Shown: in pieces, positions 53,157 to 63,044 of the stretch
Position numbering within the stretch: position 1 is the stretch's first letter
How the letters are laid out: every line of letters starts with the position of its first letter
Source of the DNA: Patescibacteria group bacterium
Lineage (GTDB): Bacteria > Patescibacteriota > Kazan-3B-28 > UBA10110
Reading direction: 5' to 3'
Length of the DNA: 64,000 bases
NCBI GenBank assembly: GCA_041659905.1
Contig: JBAZXK010000001.1
Location: 122,670 to 186,669 of the forward strand
The notes under the pieces: generated by a model
The model's input: only the letters and a program-made list of their open reading frames with translations
Database searches by the model: none
Told to the model about the DNA's origin: nothing
Translations under genes and position numbers: made by a program

Positions 53157-53179
53157 GCAAGGCCGTGGTGGTCTTGCTT
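53157..53179 (-). terminator. rho-independent terminator (minus strand) of the upstream small-ORF/lipoprotein transcript
   Basis: Minus strand: gcaagaccaccacggccttgc followed by ttttt. Confidence 0.6.
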
Positions 53180-53210
53180 GTGGTTCAATCTCAAAGGTTT
53201 AGAGACAATG

Positions 53211-53375
53211 GCTAGGGATCTGCCTCGCCAGCGGCTGTGCTGGTTTGAATAGATACGGGCGGATCATGTCTTACTAAACAAGTGGGTGGAAAGAATATCC
53301 CTATCACAGTGATAACTGCCAGCACAACAATGATAATTAGGGACCCCCATTCGCCCCAAAAACGCTTAAATAACA
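53211..53375 (-). CDS. small membrane peptide (54 aa)
   Basis: Strong SD AAAGGAGGAA 8 nt upstream. Translation: MLFKRFWGEWGSLIIIVVLAVITVIGIFF.... Not in the ORF track because it is under 60 aa. Confidence 0.5.
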
Positions 53376-53457
53376 TTTTAAAGTTCCTCCTTTGCTAGGA
53401 TACTTAAAGCATAGCAAAAAAAATGCCTAAAACAATCTAGGAGCTACTTTTAAGAAG

Positions 53458-53862
53458 TTACTTGGATGGCTTGCATTCAGCGCAACAATCCGGGATCATG
53501 GCTTCCGGGAAACCTTCATCTTGCATTTTTGAACAAGGAATTTCTCCATTCCCGTCCAAGACAATTCTCCAGCCAGCAGCTTCTTTAACGGCAAACCAGT
53601 AACCGCCGCCGGAACCGTTCTCATCCTGATACATCACTCCGCCCCGCGCATGATCACCGGTATTTTGCAATACGGTAATAACAGTTTTATCTGCCGGCCA
53701 GTTGGCTTTAGTCGCCAGGGCTTGTTTGATGGCGTCTAGATCCATCTGGCTAGTAGTATTGCCGATCCCATTCATGGACTGGTCTTTTGGTTTAACGGCG
53801 CACCCAGACAGAGCCAGTAGGCCTATAGTTACAATCAATAGAGGCAATGCGTATTTATTCAT
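53458..53862 (-). CDS. lipoprotein, hypothetical
   Basis: Signal peptide with lipobox LSGCA. Confidence 0.55.
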   Translation of the reverse strand: MNKYALPLLIVTIGLLALSGCAVKPKDQSMNGIGNTTSQMDLDAIKQALATKANWPADKTVITVLQNTGDHARGGVMYQDENGSGGGYWFAVKEAAGWRIVLDGNGEIPCSKMQDEGFPEAMIPDCCAECKPSK

Positions 53863-53871
53863 ATTGTTACT

Positions 53872-54405
53872 TTATATACCTAATTTGACTTTTTGTAATA
53901 TGGAACTTTCATTGTAATCGGTTCTCTCAAAAACAACGGCTTGTGCTTTTATCTTGGTTATGAGTTCGTCCAAGGCCACCCACTCAACCGTGCTTTTAGC
54001 ATTTTCCCACTGTAATTTTTCGTCTTTGATTTGAGGGTTCTCAATATTACCTTCATATTTACAGAGGAAATAGACTGTGGTCTTTTCGATATCCGCCTTC
54101 TCCCAATTGGTAAAGTTGCTGACGATGGAACCGAGATAACTTTCGATCTTTACTTTTACGCCGAATTCTTCTGCTAACCCTATGGTAACCATTTCCTCAA
54201 GAGATTTATCAGGCTCGACGGTCTGACGCATCAGCGAATAAATATCCAGTGAGCCGCGGACTCCTGAAAAATGATGGCACAATACCTGATTTTTATCATT
54301 CATTACGACCGCCCCTACCGAAAGCTGGAACGGCTGAGATGCTTCGCCTATAAAATAATGGTGTATCTTTTGCATGGCATCATTATAAAAGATTAGCGGT
54401 TTCAA
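53872..54405 (-). CDS. NUDIX-fold-like protein with degenerate Nudix box
   Basis: GAVVMNDKNQVL... and ...IGLAEEFGV resemble the Nudix box (RE replaced by IG). Confidence 0.35.
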   Translation of the reverse strand: MKPLIFYNDAMQKIHHYFIGEASQPFQLSVGAVVMNDKNQVLCHHFSGVRGSLDIYSLMRQTVEPDKSLEEMVTIGLAEEFGVKVKIESYLGSIVSNFTNWEKADIEKTTVYFLCKYEGNIENPQIKDEKLQWENAKSTVEWVALDELITKIKAQAVVFERTDYNESSILQKVKLGI

Positions 54406-54472
54406 AGCCAGAAGACAGTTTGAAGTATAAAAAAACCGCCGGAATGGCGGTTATGAATTCGAGAGGCTAAAA

Positions 54473-55030
54473 TCACTCTTCTGTTTTGAGCGTTAAACTT
54501 TCTGGGTTTATCGGGTCTTCTATGTCAAACCCCTTCTCTCTTAAAAATTTCTCCGCATGTCCAATCTGCTCAAACTCTCTTTCGGTAAAATCTAATTCAT
54601 CTTTTCTGCGCCATAACATTTTGTAAATATCATGCAATAAACCCGTTCTCTTCTTGCCCACACCCTGCATAACAACCCCATCTCTTATCTTCAGTCCTTT
54701 TCGCACCAGCATTTGCCGTTGTTTTTCTTCTTTCATCCACCTGTCGATTCTTAGAACCTGTCTTTGTTTAGATTTTTTTGCTTTCTCGGCCCGAAATTTC
54801 CACTCTTGATATTTAGTACCACTCCTTTTATTGCCAAAGCTATCGGTCTTATCTGGATTTGAAATGTCTAGAGTGATTACTCCGATGTCATAGGTCAATC
54901 TATCTCTTTGTAAGAGCGCATTGTCGAGATCGGAAGGCGGGAAAGTTGGTATAAAATTAGCTGACATATCATCGGGATCATTGGTTACAGCCGCATTTGA
55001 ACTGCTGTACACTTTTTTTGGTGCACCCAT
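54473..55030 (-). CDS. basic hypothetical protein
   Basis: 185-aa Lys/Arg-rich ORF (…KAKKSKQRQVLRIDRWMKEEKQRQ…) with no recognizable motifs. Confidence 0.4.
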   Translation of the reverse strand: MGAPKKVYSSSNAAVTNDPDDMSANFIPTFPPSDLDNALLQRDRLTYDIGVITLDISNPDKTDSFGNKRSGTKYQEWKFRAEKAKKSKQRQVLRIDRWMKEEKQRQMLVRKGLKIRDGVVMQGVGKKRTGLLHDIYKMLWRRKDELDFTEREFEQIGHAEKFLREKGFDIEDPINPESLTLKTEE

Positions 55031-55215
55031 TAGTTTGATCTCTCCTTTATTTCAAGATTACGAGAATACTCAAGAATACTACAAACCTATAAGTTTTCAT
55101 ATACTTTCTGACAACAATCTAAATCCAAAACTGGCTTAATATACCTAGTGCCAATGTTCTCTTAGAACTTTATTGTAGAACTCAAAGACAAACAAGCCGA
55201 CGATCATTATAAACC

Positions 55216-57081
55216 TTAACTCTTGCCCATGAACCCGCCCGACTGATGGTTCCACAGGGCTGAATATAAGCCTTCCTCTTTCATTAGTTGCTCATGAGTT
55301 CCATCTTGAGAAATCTTTCCCTTGTCTAAAACGACTATTCGATCTAAATGCCTAATTGTCGACAATCGGTGAGCAATAACAATGACTGTCTTCCCTTTCA
55401 TCAACTCCTTCAATCCATCTTGAATATATTTCTCCGATTCGGAGTCAAGCGAGCTAGTTGCTTCATCCAGCACCAAGATAGGCGCTTTTTTTAAGATGGC
55501 TCGAGCGATGGCAATCCGTTGCCGCTGACCGCCGCTCAGCTTGATGCCTCGTTCACCCACCAGAGTATTGTATCCGTTTGGCAGGGTAACAATAAACTCA
55601 TGCGCCCGCGCCAATTTAGCTGCTTTCATCACTTCTGCCTTAGTCGCCTTGTCATTACTGTAAGCAATGTTTTCCATCAGCGACCGATGAAACAGCATTG
55701 GTTCTTGTGGGACATAAGCAATAGCCCTGCGCAATGATTCTTGTGTCACCTGACTAATGTCTTGCCCGTCAATCTTGATTGCACCAGATTGTAAATTCAC
55801 AAATCGTAACAACAACTTGGTAATCGTCGTTTTGCCGCTACCGCTCGGCCCAATCAGCCCCACTTTTTGCTTACCAAGCACATCCAAACTAAAATCTTTC
55901 AGGAACAATTTTTTCTTCTCTGAGTCATCGGTATACCGAAAGTTGGCCGACTCGAAGCTAATCTTGGCGTCCTCTAACCTCAAAGCACGCGCATTTGGCA
56001 CATCTTCGACTGTTGGAGGATGCAAGAACATTTGGGTAAACTCGGCCGCCTCACCCAAAGAAGATTCGATATGGCGATAAATCCGATTAATCTCCCAAAA
56101 GACTCTCGTCACCTGCATATAATAAGAAAATACCACCACAATCGTTCCGGCCTGCAGTGATAGTTTATGCACAAAATAGATCGCCAAAACTAAACCCAGT
56201 ACATTAGTCACAACGTAGATAGGTGATAATATCAAATCTATTTTTAGATTATGGTGATCCGCCGCCCGCTTAAACTTAGCCGCAAAATCATCGGCATACT
56301 TGCCGAAAGTCGTGGACTCCCGTTTCTCCTTGGCAAACGACTTAATCCCCAGTATGTTAGTCATTGCGTCAGACAGTCGGCCAGCCATCTTACTGCTAGC
56401 TTCGTGGCGTAATGCCACTAACCGAGCCCGATGCCGAATCTTTGGAATACTGATAGTCAGCGTTATTAGTAGCGCGAAGATCAACGCCAACGGAATCCAG
56501 GGAGAATACCCCCACATCACCACTATCGCAAATATCATCGGGATAAAACTTGTCCCGATATTCATTGACAATGTGTCGGTAAAAATTTCGAAATTCCTGG
56601 CGTAAGCTAAGCTTTTTTTGGTTAACGAGCCAACAAAGTTGTCAGTATAAAATTCATAATCTCGATTGACCAGTTTGCGAAAAGCCTCTCGGCTCAGTGT
56701 GTTTAACCCTTTTGCCTCAACGGCAATTAGAGAATACACCCCAATCCTCCAGAGCATTTCACCTAACATCCACAAGCCGCCAAATAATATAACCAGGTTC
56801 AAAACCGCCCCCAGAGAAATCTCATTCTGCTGGACTAAAATGTTGATGATGCGGCCAATAATAAGCGGCGGAATAAAGAATACAAAAATATTCCCTATGG
56901 CTGGCGCAAACAAAGCCACTACCGTGTGCCACGGATGCTGTTTATATTGACGCCCATAGTCATTTAGCACCTGACGTACCGCTGCAGTTGAAACTACCTC
57001 TTTATCCATAGCTAACATTAACCCCCCGCTGATTTTATTCGATCCTTCAATTATAATATCTCGACTGATTATATCCAGCAT
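55216..57081 (-). CDS. ABC transporter, fused permease/ATPase (type I exporter, MsbA-like)
   Basis: Six TM helices, then Walker A GPSGSGKTT, signature LSGGQRQRIAIARA, and Walker B LVLDEATSSLD. Confidence 0.9.
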   Translation of the reverse strand: MLDIISRDIIIEGSNKISGGLMLAMDKEVVSTAAVRQVLNDYGRQYKQHPWHTVVALFAPAIGNIFVFFIPPLIIGRIINILVQQNEISLGAVLNLVILFGGLWMLGEMLWRIGVYSLIAVEAKGLNTLSREAFRKLVNRDYEFYTDNFVGSLTKKSLAYARNFEIFTDTLSMNIGTSFIPMIFAIVVMWGYSPWIPLALIFALLITLTISIPKIRHRARLVALRHEASSKMAGRLSDAMTNILGIKSFAKEKRESTTFGKYADDFAAKFKRAADHHNLKIDLILSPIYVVTNVLGLVLAIYFVHKLSLQAGTIVVVFSYYMQVTRVFWEINRIYRHIESSLGEAAEFTQMFLHPPTVEDVPNARALRLEDAKISFESANFRYTDDSEKKKLFLKDFSLDVLGKQKVGLIGPSGSGKTTITKLLLRFVNLQSGAIKIDGQDISQVTQESLRRAIAYVPQEPMLFHRSLMENIAYSNDKATKAEVMKAAKLARAHEFIVTLPNGYNTLVGERGIKLSGGQRQRIAIARAILKKAPILVLDEATSSLDSESEKYIQDGLKELMKGKTVIVIAHRLSTIRHLDRIVVLDKGKISQDGTHEQLMKEEGLYSALWNHQSGGFMGKS

Positions 57082-57242
57082 GATTATTTATCAGATCTAG
57101 TTGAGTGGGCTAGTTATTTAACTCAGACGCCTTCTGGCTGACCTTCTCGAGCTAGAACTTTTAGAAGAGCAAGCCCAGATTGACCATTCGCATTCTAGCG
57201 TATACTATTGTGTATAAATCCAGACACAGAGAGGAACTTGAC

Positions 57243-58304
57243 ATGAAAGCTAGAAAGCAAATCCAAATTAGTGGTATCGGCACTATTATTTCTCCGCCTT
57301 TTTGGGTAAATCCTGATTTCAGGAACATAACCTACACGGGGGGAGAAAAGTGTCTGTACAATCACACAGTCCCTTGCAATGAAGGGATGGTCTTCGACCA
57401 ATCCGATCGCGTTGTGCGCATAAGCTACGACGGCGAGATTCAACCGCTCTGCGAAAGACCCAACTTCGACGGAGTTTATGGTTCAGGTTGGGCCACGACG
57501 AATATCAATGCGGTAATCATTAACCACAAAGATAACTTCAGTCTTGTCTCGTTCGATGGGACGACAAAGCCTCTCTACAGCAGCTCGGGTAGATTAAGAT
57601 TTTCTCCCCTGCGCGCCTGTAGTAAAGGGCCTATCTTTCACTTTTTCTCTTGCCCCGAAAAAGAGAAAAACGATGAAAGATGGGAGTTTGTATTTGTTTC
57701 CTTCGAGGGTGAAAGCAATACGCTCTATGAAGGTCCGAGATGTTTCAGTAATGTGGTTGACCAGGGATTACTGATATGTACTGAGAGCAACCCTTACCAA
57801 AACTCCGGCTCTGTCCTACTGATCGAACCAGATGGAACGCAACGAGAAATTTTTAAACCCCCGGTTGGAGAAAACTGGTTAGCCCCTTCCTATGGTTTCA
57901 GCTGGAGCGGCATTCATGCTGTTTATAACAATCACTACCATCTTATCCCATTCGACGGCAGGAAACCCGCCTCTTACTCTGGGCGTTACCAGTCTTTTGG
58001 GGGATGCCCAAAAGGACTCGTTGTGTTTCTCCCTAATCGACTACTGGTTGTTCCTTTTGAAGAAGATCAGCCCCGACCTGTCTGGCAATTTGACAGCCCA
58101 GGGGAAGCACTTGGAAGTTGTAATGCAGGAATATTCATCCAGCAGGAAGACGATATCCTTCTTGCACCATACGACTTATCGACACCAAAGACTATCGTCA
58201 AGGGTCTGCCAAACAAGGATGCCATACATTTGGATATCAGACCAACATACAAAGGACTGCTTATTATGCACGGAGTCAGTTCAACTATGATCGAGGTCAA
58301 ATAG
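57243..58304 (+). CDS. repeat-containing hypothetical protein (seven or more ~45-aa repeats with the FDG...LY motif; possible beta-propeller)
   Basis: Recurring RISYDGEIQPL, LVSFDGTTKPLY, FVSFEGESNTLY, LIEPDGTQREIF, LIPFDGRKPASY. GAGAGGA SD before ATG 57243. GC-richer than the flanks. Confidence 0.5.
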   Translation: MKARKQIQISGIGTIISPPFWVNPDFRNITYTGGEKCLYNHTVPCNEGMVFDQSDRVVRISYDGEIQPLCERPNFDGVYGSGWATTNINAVIINHKDNFSLVSFDGTTKPLYSSSGRLRFSPLRACSKGPIFHFFSCPEKEKNDERWEFVFVSFEGESNTLYEGPRCFSNVVDQGLLICTESNPYQNSGSVLLIEPDGTQREIFKPPVGENWLAPSYGFSWSGIHAVYNNHYHLIPFDGRKPASYSGRYQSFGGCPKGLVVFLPNRLLVVPFEEDQPRPVWQFDSPGEALGSCNAGIFIQQEDDILLAPYDLSTPKTIVKGLPNKDAIHLDIRPTYKGLLIMHGVSSTMIEVK

Positions 58305-58333
58305 ATCTTGGTTGTCACCTTATTCGAAAACTA

Positions 58334-58366
58334 GATACCCCGTCTATACGCCGGGGTATTTAAATA
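58334..58366. terminator. bidirectional terminator between convergent genes
   Basis: ataccccgtctatacgccggggtattt. Confidence 0.6.
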
Positions 58367-58409
58367 TCTCATCTGGCTGGCCTCCTCGAGCGCTAATATT
58401 CGGACATAC

Positions 58410-58946
58410 TTATGCTTCTGCAACCTTGTTTGCGAGATTCTCTACCACCTCTACATTTGGCAAATGTTTGAGAAAAGCGGTAGAAACTCGCAATTTTGAT
58501 ATTTGTTTTCCACCGCCGACAATGATGGTTTCTTTTTCCATCAGACGACTGTCGATTAGGATCTTCCACGATTCCGGAAGACCGACAGGCGTAATGCTGC
58601 CATACTCCATACCAGTTTCCTGAATTACCTCTTCAAGAGGAGCCATGGAAACCGTTTTTGCGTCCAGCAGTTCACAGACCAGACCATTGAGATCGGCGCG
58701 ATAACCGACTGGAACCAGAACAGCGGCCGTCGTTATTGTTTCTCCGCGCTTTCCTCGTACAACGATGCAGTTCGCCCCATCTTCTAAGCTCACATCATAG
58801 TGATCAGCCAGCGCCACCCCATTCATGTATTGCGGGTCAATCTGCCCAACCAAGACACCAGGAGAATCTGCCGCAGCTCTATATACCGATTCGCTAACGA
58901 GTTCGGAGTGATCTTTGATGGGCTGGAAATCTAAATGTTCTTTCAT
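58410..58946 (-). CDS. YbaK/ProX-like aminoacyl-tRNA deacylase domain protein
   Basis: Length and pattern (…AAVLVPVGYRADLNGL…IVGGG…) fit the YbaK/ProRS-associated domain. Confidence 0.55.
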   Translation of the reverse strand: MKEHLDFQPIKDHSELVSESVYRAAADSPGVLVGQIDPQYMNGVALADHYDVSLEDGANCIVVRGKRGETITTAAVLVPVGYRADLNGLVCELLDAKTVSMAPLEEVIQETGMEYGSITPVGLPESWKILIDSRLMEKETIIVGGGKQISKLRVSTAFLKHLPNVEVVENLANKVAEA

Positions 58947-59020
58947 GTTTCAATTATATCGCTTACAGCGATCTCACTAAGCGATACGAGTTTTATTGAA
59001 CTTCTTTAGGACCCAAAAAG

Positions 59021-59044
59021 AAGTATATATTTAAATATATACTT
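59021..59044. promoter_or_regulatory. perfect 24-nt AT palindrome AAGTATATATTTAAATATATACTT (copy 2) next to the terminator hairpin 59061-59080
   Basis: Identical to 53116-53139. The hairpin caagactgtgcagtcttg preserves its stem through compensatory substitutions. Confidence 0.6.
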
Positions 59045-59217
59045 AGGTATGTAATTAAAAAGCAAGACTGTGCAGTCTTGATAGTATACCAAAAAACACC
59101 CTCTAATGGGGTGTTTGTTTGATATAGTCCCGCAGGGCGGGCATCAGTAAGTCAAGTTAAGAGAAGGTGCTAAAAGGTTCGAAAACTTTGTGATTTTATT
59201 ATACTTCCACTCTGTAC

Positions 59218-59427
59218 TCAAAGAAAGCTATTCACGGCAATAAGTATAAGCCCGATGAGAAGTAGCACCAGCGCAGCAAGTATTATCATACAATTTCTAC
59301 CCACAATATTGTTATAGTCCCAGCGATCTTTTTCAATTCTCGCGTTAACTATAACAAATGTGGCAGCGCACATTCCCACCGCCGTAACAAAACCTATAAC
59401 GGCTAGGACAATACCGATTATTAACAT
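59218..59427 (-). CDS. small membrane protein (2 TM)
   Basis: AAGGAG SD. Confidence 0.45.
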   Translation of the reverse strand: MLIIGIVLAVIGFVTAVGMCAATFVIVNARIEKDRWDYNNIVGRNCMIILAALVLLLIGLILIAVNSFL

Positions 59428-59557
59428 CTGTTAGCTCCTTATCAAAGGGCACCTAGGCCCCGTGGAATGGTTTGATTATATTCTAATATCAAAATCTCCG
59501 CAACCGAAGCGGATAAATGTATTGGCTGGGGAGGTAGGGCTTCTGTTCTCTGACACA

Positions 59558-59839
59558 CTAAAACGGCCTGGAAATCTTCGCCTCGTCTACTTTGACCTTG
59601 TGGGAAGTGACCAGAGCCTCCAAGTGCTCTCGAAACGCCTGCATGGATATGTTGCCCTGGCATGCGTTTGAGAGTGCCAAAAAGCCCTCATCCTTCGTCA
59701 GACTTAAGCCGAGAGCCAGCACACCCATGTTGAATCCAAGCTGAACCTTCAACTCTTCTGATAAATCATCCCATTTCTCCACCTGCGTGAAGCGGAGCAC
59801 CTGCTCACACGCGTGGGTAACGAACTCCTCATGTGTCAT
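59558..59839 (-). CDS. hypothetical protein (93 aa)
   Basis: AAGGAG SD 6 nt upstream. Confidence 0.45.
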   Translation of the reverse strand: MTHEEFVTHACEQVLRFTQVEKWDDLSEELKVQLGFNMGVLALGLSLTKDEGFLALSNACQGNISMQAFREHLEALVTSHKVKVDEAKISRPF

Positions 59840-59924
59840 CTGTATCTCCTTAATGCTCTTCGCGGGATTATAACTATAGTTTCTATCTAACTTAGCTTAT
59901 CGTGCGGGATAACCTACCACGAAT

Positions 59925-59998
59925 TGGCTGGGACGGTAGGGGTCGAACCTACGATCACGGGGCCAGAACCCGTTGCCTTACCACTTGGCTACGTCCCA
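59925..59998 (-). tRNA. tRNA-Gln (anticodon CUG) with U1:A72 and G73
   Basis: Minus strand: TGGGACG...anticodon stem ACGGG/CCCGT, loop TTCTGGC, T-arm GTAGG-TTCGACC-CCTAC, CGTCCCA-G-CCA. U1-A72 and G73 are GlnRS identity features. Confidence 0.85.
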
Positions 59999-60113
59999 TT
60001 AAATCGCTACGCGATTAATTTATCCAATGTCACCAATGTAACACCAATTACCAATGAATCTGGCCAGGGGCTACGTCCCATTGATGTTTTAGGGGATTCT
60101 TCCGAACTTTATC

Positions 60114-60428
60114 TTATTTAGCGAAACTCACCACCACTATGGCCGCTATTATAGCCAACCAGGCTACTGTCAGCAAGAGTAAGGTAATAGCCTTACTCCA
60201 ATCCTTTTTATTGAGCGCGAGATATAATGGGTAACCCAATACGGATCCAGCTGATAGCACGGCTACGATCATAAAAATGAGCGGCATGGCCAGCATACCC
60301 ATAAAATCAGGTGCTTCACCAAACCAAGCCTCGCCGTGTGTCATCAATTGTGCCCACAACCATACCACTACAAATGCCGCGACGGCCTGCGCCAAACTGA
60401 ACCAGACTAACTCTTTGATGTGCTTCAT
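60114..60428 (-). CDS. small membrane protein (3 TM); track start extended into repeat A4
   Basis: ATG at 60428 (MKHIKELVWFSLAQAV). The upstream part of the track ORF is a translation of the repeat. Confidence 0.5.
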   Translation of the reverse strand: MKHIKELVWFSLAQAVAAFVVVWLWAQLMTHGEAWFGEAPDFMGMLAMPLIFMIVAVLSAGSVLGYPLYLALNKKDWSKAITLLLLTVAWLAIIAAIVVVSFAK

Positions 60429-60464
60429 TTGATTGATGTTAATGATATTTGTTACATTATCCCT

Positions 60465-60544
60465 GTCATCCCGACCATAGTGGAGGGATCTCGGCGCTTG
60501 TGTCTCGAGATTCTTCGACTCCACTTCGTTCCGCTCAGAATGAC
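60465..60544 (-). repeat. Family-A palindromic mini-repeat copy A4
   Basis: The reverse-complement core aacgaagtggagtcgaagaatct...cgagatccctcc matches the A1 core almost base for base. Right terminus is cgctcagaatgac. Confidence 0.8.
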
Positions 60545-60554
60545 AGATGTAGGG

Positions 60555-61682
60555 TTATTTGTTGACTAGTTGTTTGTAGAGTTTTTCGGTTTCATGCACC
60601 ATGGTAGTAACGGTGAATTTATGCAGAGTTTCATCCCCGCCCACCGTCAACTTTTTTTGTAATTTCTTGTCATTTAATAACTTCATAATCGTTACTGCTA
60701 ACTTCTTCGAGTCGCCAGGAGTGACCAAAATGCCATTCCGATTATGCGTGATGATTTCTTGGATGCCACCGACTTTGGTGGCAATGACTGGGATATGCGC
60801 TTTCATCGCCTCTAAAATCGAGATACCGAAAGCTTCCGACTTAGAGCACAGCACAAAAACTGTGAAGGTTTTTAAGATTGCTTCAATCCGCGGTAAGGCG
60901 CCAGTGAAAATAACTGCCGATTCTACTCTGAGCTTTTTAGCCAGGGTCTGCAGCCAATTTTGCAACGGACCGGCTCCCACAATCACCAGTTTGGCAGTGG
61001 GGATTTTTTTAAGAATATAGGGCATAATGCGCAGTAGGGTGGCGGTATCTTTTTGAATATTTAAACTGCCGATAGTGCCAATCACGACATCTTTTTTACA
61101 TAAATTATACTTTTCTAACAACTTACATTCATCGTCCGCTCGACCATCATTGATAATGGCGATACCGTTATAAATCACTTTGATTTTATTTGGCTTAGTA
61201 ATATTGGTGGCAATCAAAAAATCTGCTACTGCCTGAGAAACAGCGATAGTCATATCTGTCCATCTATCCAACATCCTGAGTGAACGAATATGCGCCCAAT
61301 GCAAGAGCGGATTGTCTAATTTAAAATCTTCTGTCCAGGTATGTTCGGTATAAACCACCTTAATAGGAAGATCGCGCACCGCCAACCGCGCCAGTAACCC
61401 TGCCCGCTGTCCATGAGCGTGCAAAATATCCGGGTCATACTTAGTTAACAGTTTTCTGATGGCACTCACCGCTGCCATATCTGAGCGGGATCGCATCGGA
61501 ACAAGAAAGGTATTGATATGCAGCCGGTTTAACTCATCAGCTAAAGGTCCTTGCGGCAAGATCACTGACACGCTAAATTCTTTGGGATCCAAATTGCCAA
61601 CCAGTGATAATAAATGCCGCGGGGCGCCAGTAATGGCACTTTCAGCAATGACATAAATGATACTAATCTTTTTTTTAGCCAT
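60555..61682 (-). CDS. Glycosyltransferase family 4 (GT4, RfaG-like)
   Basis: EAFGISILEAMKAHIPVIATKVGGIQEII..NGILV, the E-x7-E GT4 signature. Confidence 0.85.
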   Translation of the reverse strand: MAKKKISIIYVIAESAITGAPRHLLSLVGNLDPKEFSVSVILPQGPLADELNRLHINTFLVPMRSRSDMAAVSAIRKLLTKYDPDILHAHGQRAGLLARLAVRDLPIKVVYTEHTWTEDFKLDNPLLHWAHIRSLRMLDRWTDMTIAVSQAVADFLIATNITKPNKIKVIYNGIAIINDGRADDECKLLEKYNLCKKDVVIGTIGSLNIQKDTATLLRIMPYILKKIPTAKLVIVGAGPLQNWLQTLAKKLRVESAVIFTGALPRIEAILKTFTVFVLCSKSEAFGISILEAMKAHIPVIATKVGGIQEIITHNRNGILVTPGDSKKLAVTIMKLLNDKKLQKKLTVGGDETLHKFTVTTMVHETEKLYKQLVNK

Positions 61683-62985
61683 TGAGTTTAGTGATTGCTG
61701 TTTCTAAACGCTTTAAAGATTCTACTTTGCCTAATGTGGCCAATAATTCTACCGGGCTGGGGCTGCCGGCTAGTCCCGACAAGGCTACTCTTAAGGGCCA
61801 AAATAAGTCTCCTTTTAAAATCCCCTCCGCTGCTATTGTAGCATCTAGAATTTGTTGAAGCTTGTTGATTTCCCAAGACGATTTGCCTGTGGCTGCCAAG
61901 ACTTTATAGGCAATTTGCAATCCTTGGCCAGTGAGAGCCGGGGTGCTTTTGCTAAAAACCAGCAAATTTTTATCATACGCGGGAGTTTGATAAAAATAAT
62001 CTGTTAAATCCGGCAGTTCTGCTAAGAATTGCACTCGTTCTTGCAATAAATGCAGTACTTTTTTGTGGAAAGTAGGCGTACCCGTAAAAGGAATGAATTT
62101 TTTGGCTAATCGGTAATATTCATCAAAAGGCAGCTCTGCTAAGTAGTGGTGGTTAATGTGGTTGAGGTATTTTAAATCAAAAACGGCACCGGCTTTTTGC
62201 ACTCGGGACAGATCGAAAGCCTGAGTAAGCTCATCTAAGTTAAAAAATTCTCTGGCGCCCGGATCGGACCAGCCCAACTGAGCCAAGAAATTAATCAGAG
62301 TGATCGGCAAATAGCCTTTAGTGATATAATCGGCAAAATTCGTATCCCCCGAACGCTTACTCATCTTGGTCCGATCAGGATTGAGGATCATCGGCAAATG
62401 AGCATATTTGGGTATGTCCGCCCCGAAAGCCTGAAACAATAAAATATGTTTGGGCGTATTAGACAGATGATCTTCACCCCTAATCACATGGCTGATCTGC
62501 ATCTGCCAATCGTCAATGACATTCACAAAATGAAACACAAAATCTCCATTGCTTTTAGCGATGACAAAATCGTCAAAACTATTCGCCTCGAATTCAACTT
62601 TTCCTCTAATTAAATCGTCTACGATAATTTGTCCGCTGGTGGGAGTGCGGAAGTAATAAGCCCCATCTTTGAGGTAGGCTTTATCTTCTTTGATCAGTTG
62701 CTTTAAATATTTTTTATAGAAAGAATTTCTCTTTGACTGTTTATATTCTTCGTCCCAATGCAAGCCGACCCATTTGAGTCCGGCCTTAATGTCTTTTTCA
62801 AAAATTGTTTGGCTGCGCTCTTTATCGGTATCTTCGATGCGTAAGATTACGGTTCCATTATGTTTTTTGGCAAACAGATAATTAAATAAGGCCGTGCGTA
62901 CACTGCCGATATGCAACGCCCCGGTCGGGCTAGGCGCAAACCTCACCCTGACGGCCTTCTGATTGCCAACACTTATATCCTCCAT
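61675..62985 (-). CDS. gltX: Glutamate--tRNA ligase (short form; likely non-discriminating given GatCAB)
   Basis: HIGH motif (PSPTGALHIGSVRTA) and KMSKRS motif. Confidence 0.85.
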   Translation of the reverse strand: MEDISVGNQKAVRVRFAPSPTGALHIGSVRTALFNYLFAKKHNGTVILRIEDTDKERSQTIFEKDIKAGLKWVGLHWDEEYKQSKRNSFYKKYLKQLIKEDKAYLKDGAYYFRTPTSGQIIVDDLIRGKVEFEANSFDDFVIAKSNGDFVFHFVNVIDDWQMQISHVIRGEDHLSNTPKHILLFQAFGADIPKYAHLPMILNPDRTKMSKRSGDTNFADYITKGYLPITLINFLAQLGWSDPGAREFFNLDELTQAFDLSRVQKAGAVFDLKYLNHINHHYLAELPFDEYYRLAKKFIPFTGTPTFHKKVLHLLQERVQFLAELPDLTDYFYQTPAYDKNLLVFSKSTPALTGQGLQIAYKVLAATGKSSWEINKLQQILDATIAAEGILKGDLFWPLRVALSGLAGSPSPVELLATLGKVESLKRLETAITKLNG

Positions 62986-63044
62986 GCTTCTATTGTAACA
63001 AAAACCAGAGCATGATGATGCCCCACTTTAAAATACTGCTTTAA

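Noticed and set aside
60429-60524. N-terminal extension of the track ORF 60114-60524
   Set aside because: It overlaps repeat A4; an internal ATG (MKHIKELVW) begins the hydrophobic protein.
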